Source: Zygnema circumcarinatum SAG 698-1b (taxonomy: Eukaryota; Plantae; Zygnematophyceae). From it: a stretch of DNA of 64,000 nucleotides. Made by a program: the position numbers and the translations under genes. Position 1 is the first letter of the stretch, and each line of letters starts with the position of its first letter. The stretch is from positions 4,464,001-4,528,000 of the forward strand of contig CM074806.1 of the NCBI GenBank assembly GCA_037447605.1. The letters run 5' to 3'. The notes beneath the pieces were generated by a model that saw only the letters and a program-made list of their open reading frames with translations, had not been told where the DNA came from and searched no databases. Shown piece after piece: positions 62,498 to 64,000 of the stretch.

Positions 62498-62860
62498 CAC
62501 GTGGGCCCAGGGGGGACCGACAAAGTGCAAGGGCGGTAGGGAGTAACGGTGGAACACGTGGCAAGTTCTGGCAGGTGGAAATCGTACAGGATGACGTGGA
62601 AATTTTGGCGGGTAGTGAAGGGACAGGGCGGTAGGAGTAGGAGAGGGCGCCACGCGGCGACGAGCGGGGGAAGCAGACAGAGGGACTGGGCGGTAGGCGA
62701 CGGCTTCAATGAAAAGTTGGATTTTTCGAGGTGGACAGAAGTGAAGGGTCGGATTTGAGGTGATGATCATGATTAGGGATCTGGATGGATTCGCTGACGT
62801 GACCAGAAGCGACAAGAATAGGGTGCGTTGGCGGCATGAACGTGAATTTTGGGACACGTG
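62498..62860. promoter_or_regulatory. Cluster of ACGTG (G-box/ABRE-like) motifs upstream of the unknown minus-strand gene
   Basis: CACGTG at 62498, 62555 and 62855; TGACGTG at 62592 and 62795; AACGTG at 62839. Confidence 0.35.
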
Positions 62861-64000
62861 ATCTCCCCAAGATACGGGAGGGCAAATCATTGGGGGGACC
62901 GGCCGCGTGCGGGCTGGAAATTTTCTAAAACGACAATGGTCACAGTACGAGCACATTATAAACAGGTAAGGGCACATTTAAAATGTGCGGGCGAGCCAAT
63001 CACACTGCCCGAGGAAGATTGCGTGATAATTTGTAATGTGCGAGGGGAAGTATATATCCAGATATCGGCGGCGTATCGCCTTGCACAGGAAGTAAAGCTG
63101 CCGGCTGGCTGTCGGCCGGTCATAGAAATGAGCCATGTTTAGTGTCCGCCGTGAAGGGCGCAGGGCCAGGGAACGGCAACTTCTGTCAACGACAGCCAAT
63201 ATGCCGGCGATGTCGCGATATTTCATCCACTTTTGGAAACGACAAGGAATACCGCCCCATTGCCAACGCGCCAGGGACCTCGACTGCCCCGAAACTTTTG
63301 TCCATAAGTCGGTGGTTCCTGATTGGTCCCTTGACGGTTCGATGTGCCCGTAGCATGGCCTTATGGACAAATGTACGGATGTGGATCAGGTACAGCCAAG
63401 GGAACGGGGAGGTGATGTACGGACAAGTTCATTGCAGTCACGTGAATTTGGCGCAATTGCGAGCCGTACGGTACGGTCCCGACACGAACGCGACTGTACG
63501 GCCTCATTGAATGAGGGGTTCCGGATCTTGCTGAATCCGTATTTTTCGCGCGCGGAGAGGGGGTCGACCCGGGCAGAAAAAATTCAATGGTCGTATGGAC
63601 AAGAAATTGTCGCCTCCCATTGGCTACCGAACCGTCCCGAGGACCTAAAAAACGTACAAATCGCCCGTGCCCGACCAATTGGTTTTTTCGAAAATTCTTC
63701 CGTTGCTGACGCGCGTGGTCCTGTCCAGATTCCGCCGGGCGCGTGCTGCCGCCAATGAAGTCCTGTAACGACAGCTCCACGCCGCATAATCCGACAAAGT
63801 ACTCGATCCCAAAAAACAACAAGCAGTCGTACGGACGCATCCTCCGCGCCAGAACCCCTAACAGCCAGATCCCACCGACATCCTTCCGCCCAACCACGTG
63901 CGACAATTTGATTCTGTTCTGTACCTCACCGCCTTTGGCACTTTTTGTCGCACGTGTTTCGTACAGGCCTCCCCGCCCTTCGAGGACCGGCGGCGCAAGC

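Overview
This is intron-rich eukaryotic nuclear DNA from a green plant lineage. The plant-type CDKD, ALA3 and VIR3 homologues and the GA/CT-rich introns suggest a streptophyte alga or early land plant (inference; no database search was run). I rebuilt genes by eye from GT/GC-AG boundaries and recognised motifs. In order they are: a 5'-truncated 3'-5' exonuclease/KH gene (+), a VIR3-like plastid metalloprotease (+), an orphan acidic protein (-), a disrupted thymidylate kinase (+), an SLC25 mitochondrial carrier (-), a BED-finger hAT/DUF659 transposase gene with intact catalytic motifs (+), an ALA3-like P4-ATPase (-), CDC48C/NVL AAA ATPase (-), CDKD/CDK7 (+) and an unknown low-complexity protein (-). 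Two weaker spliced units (4.1-4.7 kb and 40.0-40.9 kb) would make gene orientation alternate strictly across the window. Non-genic highlights are a 948-bp foldback PIF/Harbinger-type element with a TAA target duplication between CDC48C and CDKD, 0.7-kb and 2.1-kb GA/CT microsatellites, telomere-like minisatellites in introns, a structured-RNA candidate, three 10-N gaps and a 1.28-kb gap-flanked duplication that is probably an assembly artefact. Many long ORFs in the supplied track are repeat artefacts. I found no clearly new multi-gene system. The best leads are the possibly domesticated hAT transposase, the foldback element and the candidate ncRNA locus.
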